Assembly: GCA_950097015.1 (NCBI GenBank)
Contig: CATNEN010000013.1
Coordinates: 372,001 to 436,000 of the forward strand
Origin: Macrostomum hystrix
Taxonomy: Eukaryota > Animalia > Platyhelminthes
DNA: 64,000 nucleotides
Reading direction: 5' to 3'
Of the stretch, positions 1 through 11,910 are shown in pieces. Each line of letters opens with the position of its first letter. Position 1 is the stretch's first letter. The position numbers were made by a program, and so were the translations under genes. The notes below the pieces were generated by a model, which did no database searches, was not told where the DNA came from, and saw only the letters and a program-made list of their open reading frames with translations.

Positions 1-269
1 CTCAGTTACTCGCTCAGTCAGTCGCTCAGTCACTCGCTCAGTTACTCACTCAGTCACTCACTCAGTCACTCGCCCAATCACTCGCTCAGTCCTTTACTCA
101 GTCACTCGCTCAGTCCTTTACTCAGTCACTCGCTCAGTCCTTTACTCAGTCACTCGCTCAGTCACTCGCTCAGTCACTCGCCCAGTCACTCGCTCAGTCA
201 CTCGCTCAGTCACTCGCTCAGTCCTTTACTCAGTCACTCGCTCAGTCACTCGCTCAGTCACTCGCTCAC
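1..269. repeat. 12-bp tandem array (CTCAGTCACTCG)n, left arm; truncated by window edge
   Basis: Directly visible; reverse complement of the array at 6088-6640; abuts the GTGAG donor of the minus-strand exon at 270. Confidence 0.95.
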
Positions 270-363
270 CCGCGTGAGGCGCGGCCGCAGCGCAGGACGC
301 CAGGGAAGCGAGCAGTGCGGAAGTGGCGATCACGCAGAAGGTTAGCTTGGCGGCAGTCAGCAT
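270..363 (-). CDS. Signal-peptide first coding exon of an unknown secreted protein (copy 1; continues off the window)
   Basis: ATG at 363 reads MLTAAKLTFCVIATSALLASLASCAAAAPHA (basic N-terminus, hydrophobic core, small residues), then a phase-1 G|GTGAG donor. Confidence 0.55.
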
Positions 364-1264
364 CTTTGCTTGCTCCTGAGTCGCCGGTCAGTGTGGTGTC
401 TCCCTGGCTCGGTCGGTGGCGAGTCCGGCTCGCCTGAGCCAGCCAGATAAAGGCGGCGGAGGAGGCGTGGGCAGGCGGTGCGAAGCTGCCGCACCCAATT
501 AGCGGCAGCGGTTGCGACGGTCAGTGCGAGCTGGTCGTGGGCGGTGGGAGAGTCGGCCTCATGATCTGAGCTGCAAGAATTATCCCATCAGACAGGTTTT
601 CCCCGTGGCTATTCGAGAAGCTGGACTCACCTATCCCGCCCCTCGTCCTGCCTGATCCCATCATCCTATCATCCAATTCTACTTCTGTCTCTTTAGCCCG
701 CTGCCTCGAGAGCAGCCGGCAAGTTTGAGCAAAAAAACGGATGAAAATGAATTTACTGTCAGTTTGAGTTTTATCTGAGTAGGCCCGTGGCTTAAGTTTA
801 GGAAATTTTGACCTTCTGGCTTTTCGTTAAGAAGTTTTTCGTTTGGAATGGCTTCATTTAATGAACTTGTTAAGACATGTAAATAATATTTCTGGCCTCA
901 CGAATCATGCATCAGGTTCTAATTGGAACTCTCACACGTGCTTTGACACAGAAAACGCCGATTGCAAAGGGCTTAGTAAAAAGGCAAACATTTCAGGCTA
1001 TCGCCTTGCTTGTTGTGAAATTATCGAGATTTCTTGTAACTGCGTGCACTTTTAGGCGCACCAACATACCATTGTTAACTTTGAAAAGCAGCAGTGTATA
1101 CAGATAAAAACTTTTTTGCAAATAGTGAGTATTTGAAATGGACAAAAATAAAACATTTACAGAAATAAAGCACCTTTGTCCTGTATTTTATAAGACAGAA
1201 ACGATACCAGTAAATAGTTCAGCCATTACAGCCTCACTGCACAGCATTTACAATGAGGCGGTTC

Positions 1265-2656
1265 TTAAAACTCCTCAAACTCAGCCTTTAAGTGCATTTG
1301 CCTTTGGACGCGCACAATTGCGGCTGGCACTGGCTGGCCCGTGTAGTAAAGCTCTTCGTATTTGCTTGCCAATTTCTGTGGCGCCGGCAGTTGCTTATTA
1401 AACAGACAGATAAAGTTCATGTCGCTAAAGAACTCGTGCTGCCGTACCGCTGCTGCCCCGTCTCTTTGACAGCCCAGACGATTGTGAGGATTCTTCTGGC
1501 ATAGACTGCTCACCAGCTGCTTGACGTCCGACCCGATGGTGCTCGGGTACTGTACCTCGCTTGACATGACCTTTTTGATCATGCTTAGTTCGCTTCCGGC
1601 GACTGTACTGAATGGAGTACATCCGACCATAAACTCGTAAAGCAAACAGCCCGCTGCCCACCAGTCAGCAGAGTAGCTGTAACCGCAGTTGTTTGTATTA
1701 AGTACCTCAGGTGCCATGTAGGCTATAGTGCCCAGAGTGCTGTAGGTTCGCTCTGAAAAAAACAAGCATACTCGTAATTGAAGTCAACAAAGCTCTGAGT
1801 AAGCTATGTAGCTCGTAAATGCTCGCTCACCTCTTTGAGCATCCAGCAGCTTGGCGAAACCGAAGTCCGTCAGCTTAATGTAGCCAGTCATTTCAAGCAT
1901 CAGGTTCTCTGGCTTGAGATCGCGATACAAAATGCGCATCCTGTGCAGGTACTCAAGGCACAGTACAACCTGTGCCAGATAGAACTTGGCTTCTTTGTAG
2001 TTGAACCGTCTGCAGTTGGTAGAGCGCATCAGCTGGAGCAGATTTCCGCACTCAATGAACGGCATGACCAAATAGATATTTGAATTGTCCTGTAGACTCT
2101 CTATCAGCGACATGATAAGAGGATGATGGACTGCCGATAAAGTTCGACGTTCAGCAATGACGTAATTGATCACCCTCTTTACATTGATCTCTTCCTTTGA
2201 CATGACCTTCATGGCGTATAAAGTGCCACCATTCTCGACATTGACCAGCAGAACAGAACCGAACCCACCTTTGCCCAGTAGTCGCATAATGTTGTACTTT
2301 TTATTCGGCTTTGTTGGCGGCTGGCGAAAATACATTGGCTCAAAGGCGCGCATCTCCTTTTCCAGCCACTTCAGGTAAGTCGCATTGCTTAAGACCATTT
2401 TGAACGGCGTCTTGTCATCTTTTTCTGGATTAGATTCTTTATCAGCACTTTTATTCCTTTGACTTGTCTTGCTTTTTACAGATTCTGCACTACTACTTTT
2501 TGACTCATTGCCTGTTGCATCCGATCTACTATTATCAGTCCTGGTTCCGTCCTGCACTTCAGAAGCAGGATTTACGGTGTTTAAATCTGAGCCAATGTGA
2601 TGAAGGGCCGCCCCAGCTACGTCTTCATTATCGAGGATGTGACGCCGATCACACAT
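1265..2656 (-). CDS. PKA catalytic-subunit-like AGC Ser/Thr kinase, paralog 1 (exons 2656-1831, 1752-1265)
   Basis: GKGGFG, YAMK, YRDLKPEN, DFG, GTIAYMAPE, DWW and C-terminal FEEF* as in PKA. A 78-bp GT-AG intron (1830-1753) joins the two ORFs in frame (DAQR-E-RTYS). Start codon uncertain (track ORF begins at TTG 2659). Confidence 0.9.
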
Positions 2657-3109
2657 CAAGCTACTTTACCTACGGCTGACGTCTGCGGCAGCTAGTGCCC
2701 TTGCTTGATTATTTTCCACTCGACTTGTCGAGCTCACCATTTGTGCAAGCGGCCATTTCTCGCTTTGGATCTGATTTGTCTATGGCCAAATGACCAAATT
2801 ATTGGATGCACTTCTCCTTTACAGCTGCAACGTTGGGCGTATTTTTGAACGATGAGAAAACAATAAATGTCACCATGAAAGTGCATCTGTTTGAATCCCC
2901 AAAGTTTAGATTTCTTTTAGGATCGCGCGCCCCCATTTCTCAACGATTTCCAGATTAAAATAATTATCTGACTTTATCTACACTTTGCTCTCGCATAACC
3001 AGCAATTTGTGTGCCGGCTTTCGTCTAGATAATATTTGACAGAACAAGCCTCCACTTTTACCAAAAATGATTTTATTAATTACCGATTAAATCCGAAGAA
3101 AATAATTGA

Positions 3110-3265
3110 CGTCAAAGTTAAACCAGACACTCACATGGCCTCTCAGCCCCTATCGACGTTAAAGTTAAGCCAGACACTGACAGGCCTCTCAGCCCGGATC
3201 GACGCTTAAGTTAAGCCAGACACTGACATGGCCTCACAGCCCGGATCGAAGTTGAAATTACGCCG
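3110..3265. repeat. ~46-bp unit x~3 (AAGTTAAGCCAGACACTGACAGGCCTCTCAGCCCGGATCGACG..)
   Basis: Three imperfect direct copies between the two kinase genes. Confidence 0.8.
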
Positions 3266-3598
3266 ACTCTGAATCTAACCTTCGAGCCTAGCATTTTTTC
3301 TTTTCTCGATTTTCTTTTTTATTTCAAAAATGCTACGAAAGCTAAGTCTCACATGCATATTCGGTTTTAAAAGTAATCGTGTACATAATTAAATGCATAC
3401 ATCCAATACATAAAGAAATGAAATGTCTATATTTCGGCTTAGACTGAAAAACTAAATCCTGTGAACACTTTCGTCCGGGCAGTTGGCAGAGAAGCATTTT
3501 GTGGTTCAAACAATAGCGCTTTAGGCGGAAGTTAGTAGGATACAGACTTTGCTGCTGAAACAGAAGATGTCATTAAAACAGTTCAAGCACTACCGATG

Positions 3599-5116
3599 TC
3601 AGAACTCCATAAACATGGTGTTGTAGCGCATGGTTCTGCTGATCCTAATGACATTTTTTGGCACTGGCCGTCCAGTATAAAAAGTCTTGTCGTCCTTGCC
3701 CGTCGGCTTGTGTGGCGCGGGCAGCTGCCGGTGAAAGACGCCCACAAAGTCGACGTCCTGAAAGAATGGATGCTCGCGAATGGCAGCCGCTCCAGTCTTC
3801 TGGCAGCCCAGGCGCTTGTGGGGATTCTTCTGGCACAGGCTGGTCACCAGGTCCTTGGCATCGGGTTTGATGAAATTAGGAAACTGTACCTCGGCTGACA
3901 TGATCTTTTTAATAACGTTCATCGTGTTTCCATCAGGCATGTGGAATGGCGGAAAGCCGACCATGAATTCGTACAACAGACAACCTGTTGTCCACCAGTC
4001 AACGGAGAAACTGTAGCCGCAGTTCTTGGCTGAGAAAATCTCAGGTGCCATGTAGTCAGGTGTGCCCAGGGTACTGTAGGTTCGCTCTGAATCGGGCATG
4101 GGAGGATTCAAACAAGTCGCAATTATTAGAAACAAAGTCACATTTCACCTTCATGAATTCCTGGAGTCCTCACCTCTGTTTGCGTCTAGAAGCTTGGCGA
4201 ATCCCAAATCGGCCAGCTGGATATAGCCGCCCCTGTCAAGCATCAGGTTCTCAGGCTTAAGATCCCGGTACACGACACGCATCTTGTGCAGGTACTCGAA
4301 GGCCAGAAGCACCTGGGACACATAAAATTTCGCTTCTTCGTAGCTAAACCGCTTTATGCGTGTAGAGAGCATCAGGCGAAACAGGTCTCCGCACTCGATA
4401 AACGGCATTATTATGTAGACGTTTGAGTTGTCTTTCAACTTATCAATCAGCGACATTATGAGAGGGTGGTTAACTGCGGACAAAGCACGCCGCTCGCCAA
4501 TGATGTACTTGATCATCTTTTTCTCTTTAATCTTCTCCTTAGACATGACCTTCATGGCATATAGAGGACCAGTTTTCTCAACGTTAACCAGCAGAACCAG
4601 ACCAAAGCCACCTTGGCCGAGCACGCGTACTATGTTGTACTTCTGGTGCGCCTTCGTTGGCTGCTCGCGATAATACCGCGTCGGAAACAGACGCGAGTCC
4701 AGTTCGAGCCACTCCAGGTAAGTTGCCTCGTTCTTCACTATATCAAATGGAGCCCTGTCCTCTTTTACCTGAATTAATTGTTCTTGAGAATGTCTATTCT
4801 GAACCAACCTAGGCTCTACTTTGGGCTCCTTGTCCTCGTTGGTCTTATTCAGGTCGTCTAAAGAATCTGTATTATCAATCGAAGATTTCGTTTCGGATTT
4901 CTCGATCAACTCGGAGTTATTGTCCTTCTCTTTCTCGTGGCTCAGAGATTCCACTTCGCTAGATCGCTGGCTATAAGCAGCAGATTGTCTAGCTGAGTCG
5001 TTCTCATCTTCCTGATCGAGACTGCTATGCATCGATTTTAGCTCTCCTTCTGTGCTGTCCTTTTCTGGTTCAGGGCTTTGAAGGCCAGCGTCCGTTTTAA
5101 CTGCATGCTCGCTCAT
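3599..5116 (-). CDS. PKA catalytic-subunit-like AGC Ser/Thr kinase, paralog 2 (exons 5116-4174, 4086-3599)
   Basis: GQGGFG, YAMK, YRDLKPEN, DLG (for DFG), GTPDYMAPE, DWW and FMEF*. 87-bp intron (4173-4087) at the same codon position and phase as in paralog 1. Long acidic/Ser-rich N-terminal extension. Confidence 0.9.
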
Positions 5117-5686
5117 TAGGATGCCTTTTGCCAAGCAGCTGTCTGCCCAGCAGTGTGATGATAACTACTAAAGATTAAAGCAAGCTACAGCTTACAAGTT
5201 GCACTCCTTCATAAATTGTTTGCCACTCGAATCGTTTAATTAAAGTCGCAGAAGCTCATTCTCCTGAAAAAGAGCTGTAGTCTATGGTGAGAAGCAAGTC
5301 CCCTATACGGTAGGAATCTTTCGAGTTCGCATTCAAAATGCATTCCGAACTAAAAATCAAGCGAAACTGAAAGCAATCAAGTATAAAAAACTATTGGGGA
5401 CCTCGGATTCCAATATACTGCGCTTTGATGGACGCTGGATTCATCAGGGCTGAGCGCTTTATCGATTCTCCTGTCATAATTGGTTTTCCCAGCAACAGAG
5501 GATAGAGGATACAGGATAAGACGCATCCGCCACAACCCTACCTACACAACGACCCATATATTCGAAGCGACACTAAGTTGATTTTCTTCGGGAAAATAAA
5601 ATGGCCCTCAAAAGAGATATGAAAGAACTGAGGCTGGATTTGTAAGCCTCCCAATACAGGCGAGCTCCTCTGCGCCATCATTCCTG

Positions 5687-6640
5687 TCCAGCTTCTCGAA
5701 ATAGCCACGGGGAAAACCTGTCTGATGGGATAATTCTTGCAGCTCTCTCTCTCTGTTTCAGATTAAGCCGGGTCAGATAGCTGGACTGGGTGGCAGCTCA
5801 GATCATGAGGCCGACTCTCCCACCGCCCGCGACCAGCTCGCACTGACCGTCGCAACCGCTGCCGCTAATTGGGCGCGGCAGCTTCGCACCGCCTACCCAC
5901 GCCTCCTCCGCCGCCTTTATCTGGCTGGCTCAGGCGAGCCGGACTCGCCACCGACCGAGCCAGGAAGACACCACACTGACCGAGCAAGCAAAGATGCTGA
6001 CTGCCGCCAAGCTAACCTTCTGCGTGATCGCCACTTTCGCACTGCTCGCTTCCCTGGCGTCCTGCGCTGCGGCCACGCCTCACGCTGGTGAGCGAGTGAC
6101 TAAGCGAGTGACTAAGCGAGTGACTGAGCGAGTGACTGAGCGAGTGACTGAGCGAGTGACTGAGTAAAGGACTGAGCGAGTGTTAGTAGAGGACTGAGCG
6201 AGTGATTGAGCGAGTGACTGAGCGAGTGACTGAGCGAGTGACTGAGTAAAGGACTGAGCGAGAGACTGAGTAAAGGACTGAGTGAGAGACTGAGCGAGTG
6301 ACTGAGCGAGTGACTGTTTAAAGGACTGAGCGAGTGACTGAGTAAAGGACTGAGCGAGTGATTGAGCGAGTTACTGAGCGAGAGACAGATTGGCTGGGCG
6401 AGTGGCTTGGCGAGTGACTGAGCGAGTGACTGAGCGAGTGACTGAGCGAGTGACTGAGCGAGTGACTGATTAAAGGACTGAGCGAGTGACTGAGTAAAGG
6501 ACTGAGCGAGTGATTGAGCGAGTTACTGAGCGAGAGACAGATTGGCTGGGCGAGTGGCTTGGCGAGTGACTGAGCGAGTGACTGAGCGAGTGACTGAGCG
6601 AGTGACTGAGCGAGTGACTGAGCGAGTGACTGAGCGAGTC
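5687..6640 (+). repeat. Right arm of large inverted duplication, including (TGAGCGAGTGAC)n array at 6088-6640
   Basis: Reverse complement of 1-625; the array begins exactly at the GT donor at 6088. Confidence 0.95.
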
Positions 6641-8052
6641 ACCGAATGGGACTAAAATTGAATATTTGTAAATCCGACGGTGACAGAACTGGCTGAAATT
6701 CCTAATGAGTAGTATTGAGTTTGAGTCGACAGTGAGTTAGTCCCATAATCACTTCCTTCGTAAAAATCAGAGGTGCAATTGTGGCCCTGAATCGCACATG
6801 GAGGCAATATTGGACAGACAGTCCATATCCTTGTCTAGGAATGGCTTCCCTAAGCACACTCATTTGCTCCGTGCTTTTTGAGTGCCTGATCGTGTATTAC
6901 CAGATTACCTAGCAAATAAAAGTTGATCCTGCAACAGTCAACAGCGACAAAAAGCTTTAAAAAGTTGCATCTTAGAAAGAATATTTACACAGCCGAGATA
7001 TAACAGCTAAGATCCAACTTATCTAACGAAAGCTTTATAGTAGGGTAAAATAAAATGGAATGCTTTAGCACAGTGCATAGGACTGTGTATAGGCTGTAGA
7101 TTTGCTACGTCAGCATAGGTGGGGTACAATCTAAAGTGTACCTTTCCTCCAGTCCACAGACTGCACAACTCGTAAAATAGAATGCCCCTTCAGAAAAGAT
7201 AGCGCACAAAAGTGTCACACAGAAGTTGAAAACGAGATCCAATTTCATTTTCAAGTGAGTTTTGACCTCGTTTAATTTTCGAAAAGAAATTCCCAAACTA
7301 AAATTCACAATTTCACATTTTTAGCTGCAGAAAACAAGTGAAACTATACTTGATGGCACAGAATTTATTTATCGAAGTACATAAAAGAGAAAATCTAATT
7401 CTGGTCAGATGAGCAGCCGACAGCACAGCCGCAGCTATTGCGCGGCGCATCTGAAGGCTGCGTACGGCTGTTCAGTCCATGGACTGGGGGGACGCCACAC
7501 CCACCCTCAATTACCCCAGCTGTTGCTGGTACCCATTTAAAAGCCGGGTGAATTGAAGCGATTCAGAGTTCCAGTGAAGTCAGGAATCGAACTCGCAACC
7601 TTCAAGTCGTAAGCCCGATGCTCTAACGCTAAGCTACTAGCGAGCTGTGCTTGCTGCGCTTGCAAATAATGGTGAAATCACATTCATTAACCTGTTAATT
7701 CATTAAGCAAGTTTACATAAAATCTGCTTGGCTTTCAGTGTGCTCCGATGGCGTCAATCTGCACTACTGCTACGCCTGTGAGTTCACCTTGAACCTGCTA
7801 ACGTAACTTACTTTAATGCAAACTGACTTATCCTATGGTAGCTATGATTTAGGAGCAATATCCCAGTTGTAGGGATGCGAATTGACTCTGAATATTGAAA
7901 AACACTGAACTAATTTAGGGAATGTCAAGCGAGCGCTGCACCTCCTACGGATCAAGCCACTAGAAGCTGACGGTCGCCACGGTAACGGCAAGATTAAGGC
8001 ATTCACTGGAAACCAGGCGCTCCTTCGATCGCTGAGATCCTACATGCGACAG
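5994..8052 (+). CDS. Unknown secreted protein, copy 2 (exon 5994-6087; probable exon 7919-8052; downstream exons unresolved)
   Basis: MLTAAKLTFCVIATFALLASLASCAAATPHA + phase-1 donor. The exon after TAATTTAG at 7919 is open only in the compatible phase (GNVKRALHLLRIKPLEADGRHGNGKIKAFTGNQALLRSLRSYMRQ) and ends CAG|GT. Confidence 0.45.
7412..7638 (-). mobile_element. tRNA-derived SINE, copy 1 (internally deleted)
   Basis: Minus strand begins with a tRNA-like head (TAGCTTAG..GAGTTCGATTCC box B); body is homologous to 9099-9369. Confidence 0.75.
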
Positions 8053-8296
8053 GTGGGCCTGGAGTTCGAATCTCAGCCCTGGGGATGCAATTCTTATGCT
8101 TGAGATTTTATTCCCTTGTGTTTCAGTTTTATCCAGCTGTAAATTGGGTAACAGCATCGGGGTTGAATGGCAGAGCGGTTCACACGTTAGCCTCTCGCAT
8201 TCCGCGGCAAGGACACATTAAATTGGGGCGCAGCCGCGGAGAGAAGGCTTGGGGGATTGTCGTGCAATGAACGCCATTGAGGGCCAACCTCCAAGG

Positions 8297-8725
8297 CATC
8301 TCTCCCGTGTCTCATCTCTCCCGAGTCTCATCTCTCCCGTGTCTCATCTCTCCCGTGTCTCATCTCTCCCGTGTCTCATCTCTCCCGAGTCTCATCTCTC
8401 CCGTTTCTCATCTCTCCCGTGTCTCATCTCTCCCGTGTCTCATCCCTCTCGTGTCTCATCTCTCCCGTGTCTCATCTCTCCCGTGTCTCATCCCTCTCGT
8501 GTCTCATCTCTCCCGTGTCTCATCTCTCCCGTGTCTCATCCCTCTCGTGTCTCATCTCTCTCGTGTCTCATCTCTCCCGTGTCTCATCCCTCTCGTGTCT
8601 CATCTCTCCCGTGTCTCATCTCTCCCGTGTCTCATCCCTCTCGTGTCTCATCTCTCCCGTGTCTCATCCCTCTCGTGTCTCATCTCTCCCGTGTCTCATC
8701 TCTCCCGTGTCTCATCTCTCCCGTG
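8297..8725. repeat. 16-bp pyrimidine-rich array (TCTCTCCCGTGTCTCA)n
   Basis: ~27 units; explains the repetitive ORFs at 8249-8918; followed by a CTCAG acceptor-like site at 8733. Confidence 0.9.
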
Positions 8726-9098
8726 TGTGCTCAGGAGTCTGCGAAATGGGCAGAATTGCCTTCTCGCTGGCTGCGGGTCTAGTGTGACCAAATTATGTGC
8801 CATTGCACCAGCAGCCCTCCTGCAATTATTATTATTTTTGTTATTATGGGCACTAGCATCAGCTAGGGTAAAAATTTGTGTGGACAAGCAGCAGGTGGCC
8901 CCTCAGTCCATGGACTGAACAGTTGTACCAAACTGGCTGCATGTGTACAGCTGGTCTAACTGGGCTAGCTGGGTGTCGTTTCTTTTTTACTTTTCTATTC
9001 TATCGATCGTGATCCAATTTATTTGTATCCATGCATTAAATAATAATAATTAATAATTAATAATAATTGATTGCATCTGTCCCAATCGGGCCAGATAT

Positions 9099-9369
9099 GC
9101 AGCCGACAGCACAGCCGCAGCTATTACGCGGCGCATCTGAAGACTGCGTACAGCTGTTCAGTCCTTGGACTGGGGGGTCCAAACAAGCACACCCATGCAC
9201 CTTCAATTATCCCAGCTAATGCTGGTACCCATTTAACAGCTGGGTGAACTGAAGCAATGCAGAGTTAAGTGTCTTGCTAAAGGACACAAATTTTTTCAGG
9301 GGAGTCGGGAATCGAACCCCCGACCTTCAAGTCGTGAGTCCGACGCCCTAACCACTATAGGCTACAACC
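9099..9369 (-). mobile_element. tRNA-derived SINE, copy 2 (most complete)
   Basis: Minus strand: GGTTGTAGCCTATAGTGG (box A), GGTTCGATTCC (box B), GTGTCCTTTAGCAAGACACTT, CACCCAGCTGTTAAATGGGTACC; (TAA)n-like tract near 9040-9070. Confidence 0.8.
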
Positions 9370-10127
9370 ATGCATTTAACTCAAGCTAAAGATATTAATC
9401 CTGCCACCCCACAGAAGGCTGCAGAGAAGGATCGCGGATGGCGCAGCGATGATAGCTGATCGGCTGAGCTATAAAGCATCCGTGACAACAGGATGCTCAT
9501 GTGTTATTATGGATGTCTCAAGATATAAAACCATTTACTGATCTTGGTCGCACTAATTGAGCAATTTTTTACAACTTTTCGATCAGCAAAGCAAAAATAC
9601 ACGCGACTACTGCACTGTACTGTAGTGAAATGGCTACTCGCATTGCATCGTGCCAAGTCGATTGCTATGCTATATAGTGGCTAAAGTGAAGACGTCAAAT
9701 AGACTTTCGTATCTTTTTTAGTATTAATAACGTATATTTATTCCCCAGCTTGGCCCTTGGCCTTGTCTATTGGCTATTAATTCTATGTATTTATTATACC
9801 TTTTTGCGATCTGTTGTTGGCCAAAACTGCGATCAATTAATTTGGCCCACATGAAAAGCGTAGAGACGAAAATCTCTCTCCCAAGTTTTGCTCAGCTCAG
9901 ATAAGGTTTTTCCATAGACAATGTTGTCTATCTGCGACCAAGTTGGCCTATCTGCGATCGATTTGGCCCAGGTCTCTATGTCAGTGCCAAAGGAAGAGTT
10001 TCGACATGGCCCCAGAGAGGTCCATGCAGAAAAGTTTCCACACAGGATCGCCATCGGTTGATTCAAGCATTTGAGAATGGGGATGACTGGCAGCATCTGG
10101 ATCGGCTGATACCCCTTCAGCAGTACC

Positions 10128-10432
10128 CCTTCTGCACCAGCAATAGCCCGTTTGCATCAGCAATACTCCTTTGCATCAGCAGTACCAATTCTGCATCAGA
10201 AATACCTATTCTGTATCAGCAATATCCCATTCTGCATCAGCAGTACCCCATTCTGCATCAGAAATGCCCCTTTTGTATCACCAATACCATTTCTGCATCA
10301 GCAGTACCCCATTCTGCATCAGAAATGCCCCTTTTGTATCACCAATACCATTTCTGCATCAGCAGTATCCCATTCTGCATCAGCAATGCCCCTTCTGCAC
10401 CAGCAATGCCCCTTCTGCATCAGCAATACCAT
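10128..10432. repeat. ~20-21-bp array (CAGCAGTACCCATTCTGCAT-like)
   Basis: Imperfect tandem units; explains the repetitive ORFs at 10058-10564. Confidence 0.85.
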
Positions 10433-10589
10433 TTTTCGGCGAAATCAGGGGGTCTTATTCTATACTTTATCCAGACAAATGCCAGTTATGTCCTAGTTGT
10501 TTATGGATCTGGGGTCGGCAATCTTGATTACCTCGAGGGCTTTGACTATATAATGAGACATTGAAAGTTGAGGATGGGGAGAAATGGGA

Positions 10590-10960
10590 CTTTGAGAGAT
10601 AAGACGTGAGTGAGGTGAGAAAGTGAGAGATAAGACATGAGTGAGGTAAGAAAGTGGGACATAAGATAAGAGTGGAGGTGAGAAAGTGAGAGATAAGACG
10701 TGAGTGAGGTGAGAAAGTGAGAGATAAGACATGAGTGAGGTAAGAAAGTGGGACATAAGATAAGAGTGGAGGTGAGAAAGTGAGAGATAAGACATAAGTG
10801 AGGTAAGAAAGTGGGACATACGATAAGAGTGGAGGTGAGAAAGTGAGAGATAAGGCAGGAGTGAGGTGAGAAAGTGAGAGTTAAGACGTGAGTGAGGTAA
10901 GAAAGTGGGACATAAGATAAGAGTGGAGGTGAGAAAGTGAGAGATAAGGCAGGAGTGAGG
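10590..10960. repeat. 31/33-bp purine-rich array (GAGTGAGGTGAGAAAGTGAGAGATAAGAC..)
   Basis: Alternating related units, directly visible. Confidence 0.85.
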
Positions 10961-11910
10961 TGAGAAAGGGAAATCGTACTAAGTTCGCCACAATGCAGAA
11001 ACGGCAATTGTGTTTACATTCTCAGAACTCTAATGTATTAAAAGAGAAAGGACTGTTAAAACAGCTAAAACTGTTGTAAACATCGTGCTAAATTAAAATG
11101 CTACTACAATTTGCATAACGCTACTAAAAGTACTAACCTTTGGATTTGGACATCACGTACACATAAAACTAATCTATTACTTACAAATTTAGGATTTTTT
11201 AAGTAATCAAGTAACCATAACTTGAATTGCGAAATTGCAAAAACCAAGGCGCATAATAAAAGGCCGGCGGGCAAATGGGTATCTCGGGTTTAGTTGAAGG
11301 TCAAGTAGGTCAATAAGGCAATGAAGTACTATGTGCCCCCACAGTACCAATTTTAGCAAACTGACAGCAGGTCACACAACTACGGAATGTGCACTGCGCT
11401 AGCTGGTAGTTGAAATGTGTGCGCTTCGCCAATGCATATGGTAAATTCGTTTTCTATTTTTAATATAATTGCATATAAAAAATAAAGAAACAAAAAGTTT
11501 CATTAGAAAAGGACCCTGAAAAATGGCGACCTTAAAAATGACAGAGCAAACAGGCGGTGCAAGCGCCACGAATGCTTAGGATTTCATATATTTGAGTTTC
11601 CACCGGAACTAAGTGTATATACGTAAGTATGTAAGGTGTTACAGTTATAATATTGACAGAGACAAAGTTTGGGAATTCACTGAAATGATGTAAAGATTGT
11701 CCCTATGAATGGTGCACTTTGAGTATTGTTTTAACATTGCCACTACTCGGTCACAAGTAATAAACTGAACTAAACTTTGAACAGATTTTTTAACGGATAG
11801 TACAACATTTAGTGGTAACCATCAACATTGATCAATTCTATCGTCATCGAGACAAACTAAGCCTAATTTCCTTGAGTCCAGATTATCAGTAAGTCGGAGC
11901 TGCCAGGTAT

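Larger units (their letters stand above)
1..625 (-). repeat. Left arm of large inverted duplication (partner 5687-6640)
   Basis: 270-625 is the near-exact reverse complement of 5687-6087, apart from a ~53-bp insertion in the right copy, a ~10-bp indel and a few substitutions; both arms continue into the same 12-mer array. Confidence 0.95.

Noticed and set aside
9130-9185. CTGAAGA hammerhead-like core in the SINE
   Set aside because: No GAAA after stem II, and the other copy reads CTGAAGG.
9295-9369. Functional tRNA gene
   Set aside because: Anticodon and acceptor stems pair poorly, and the sequence is embedded in a repeated SINE body.
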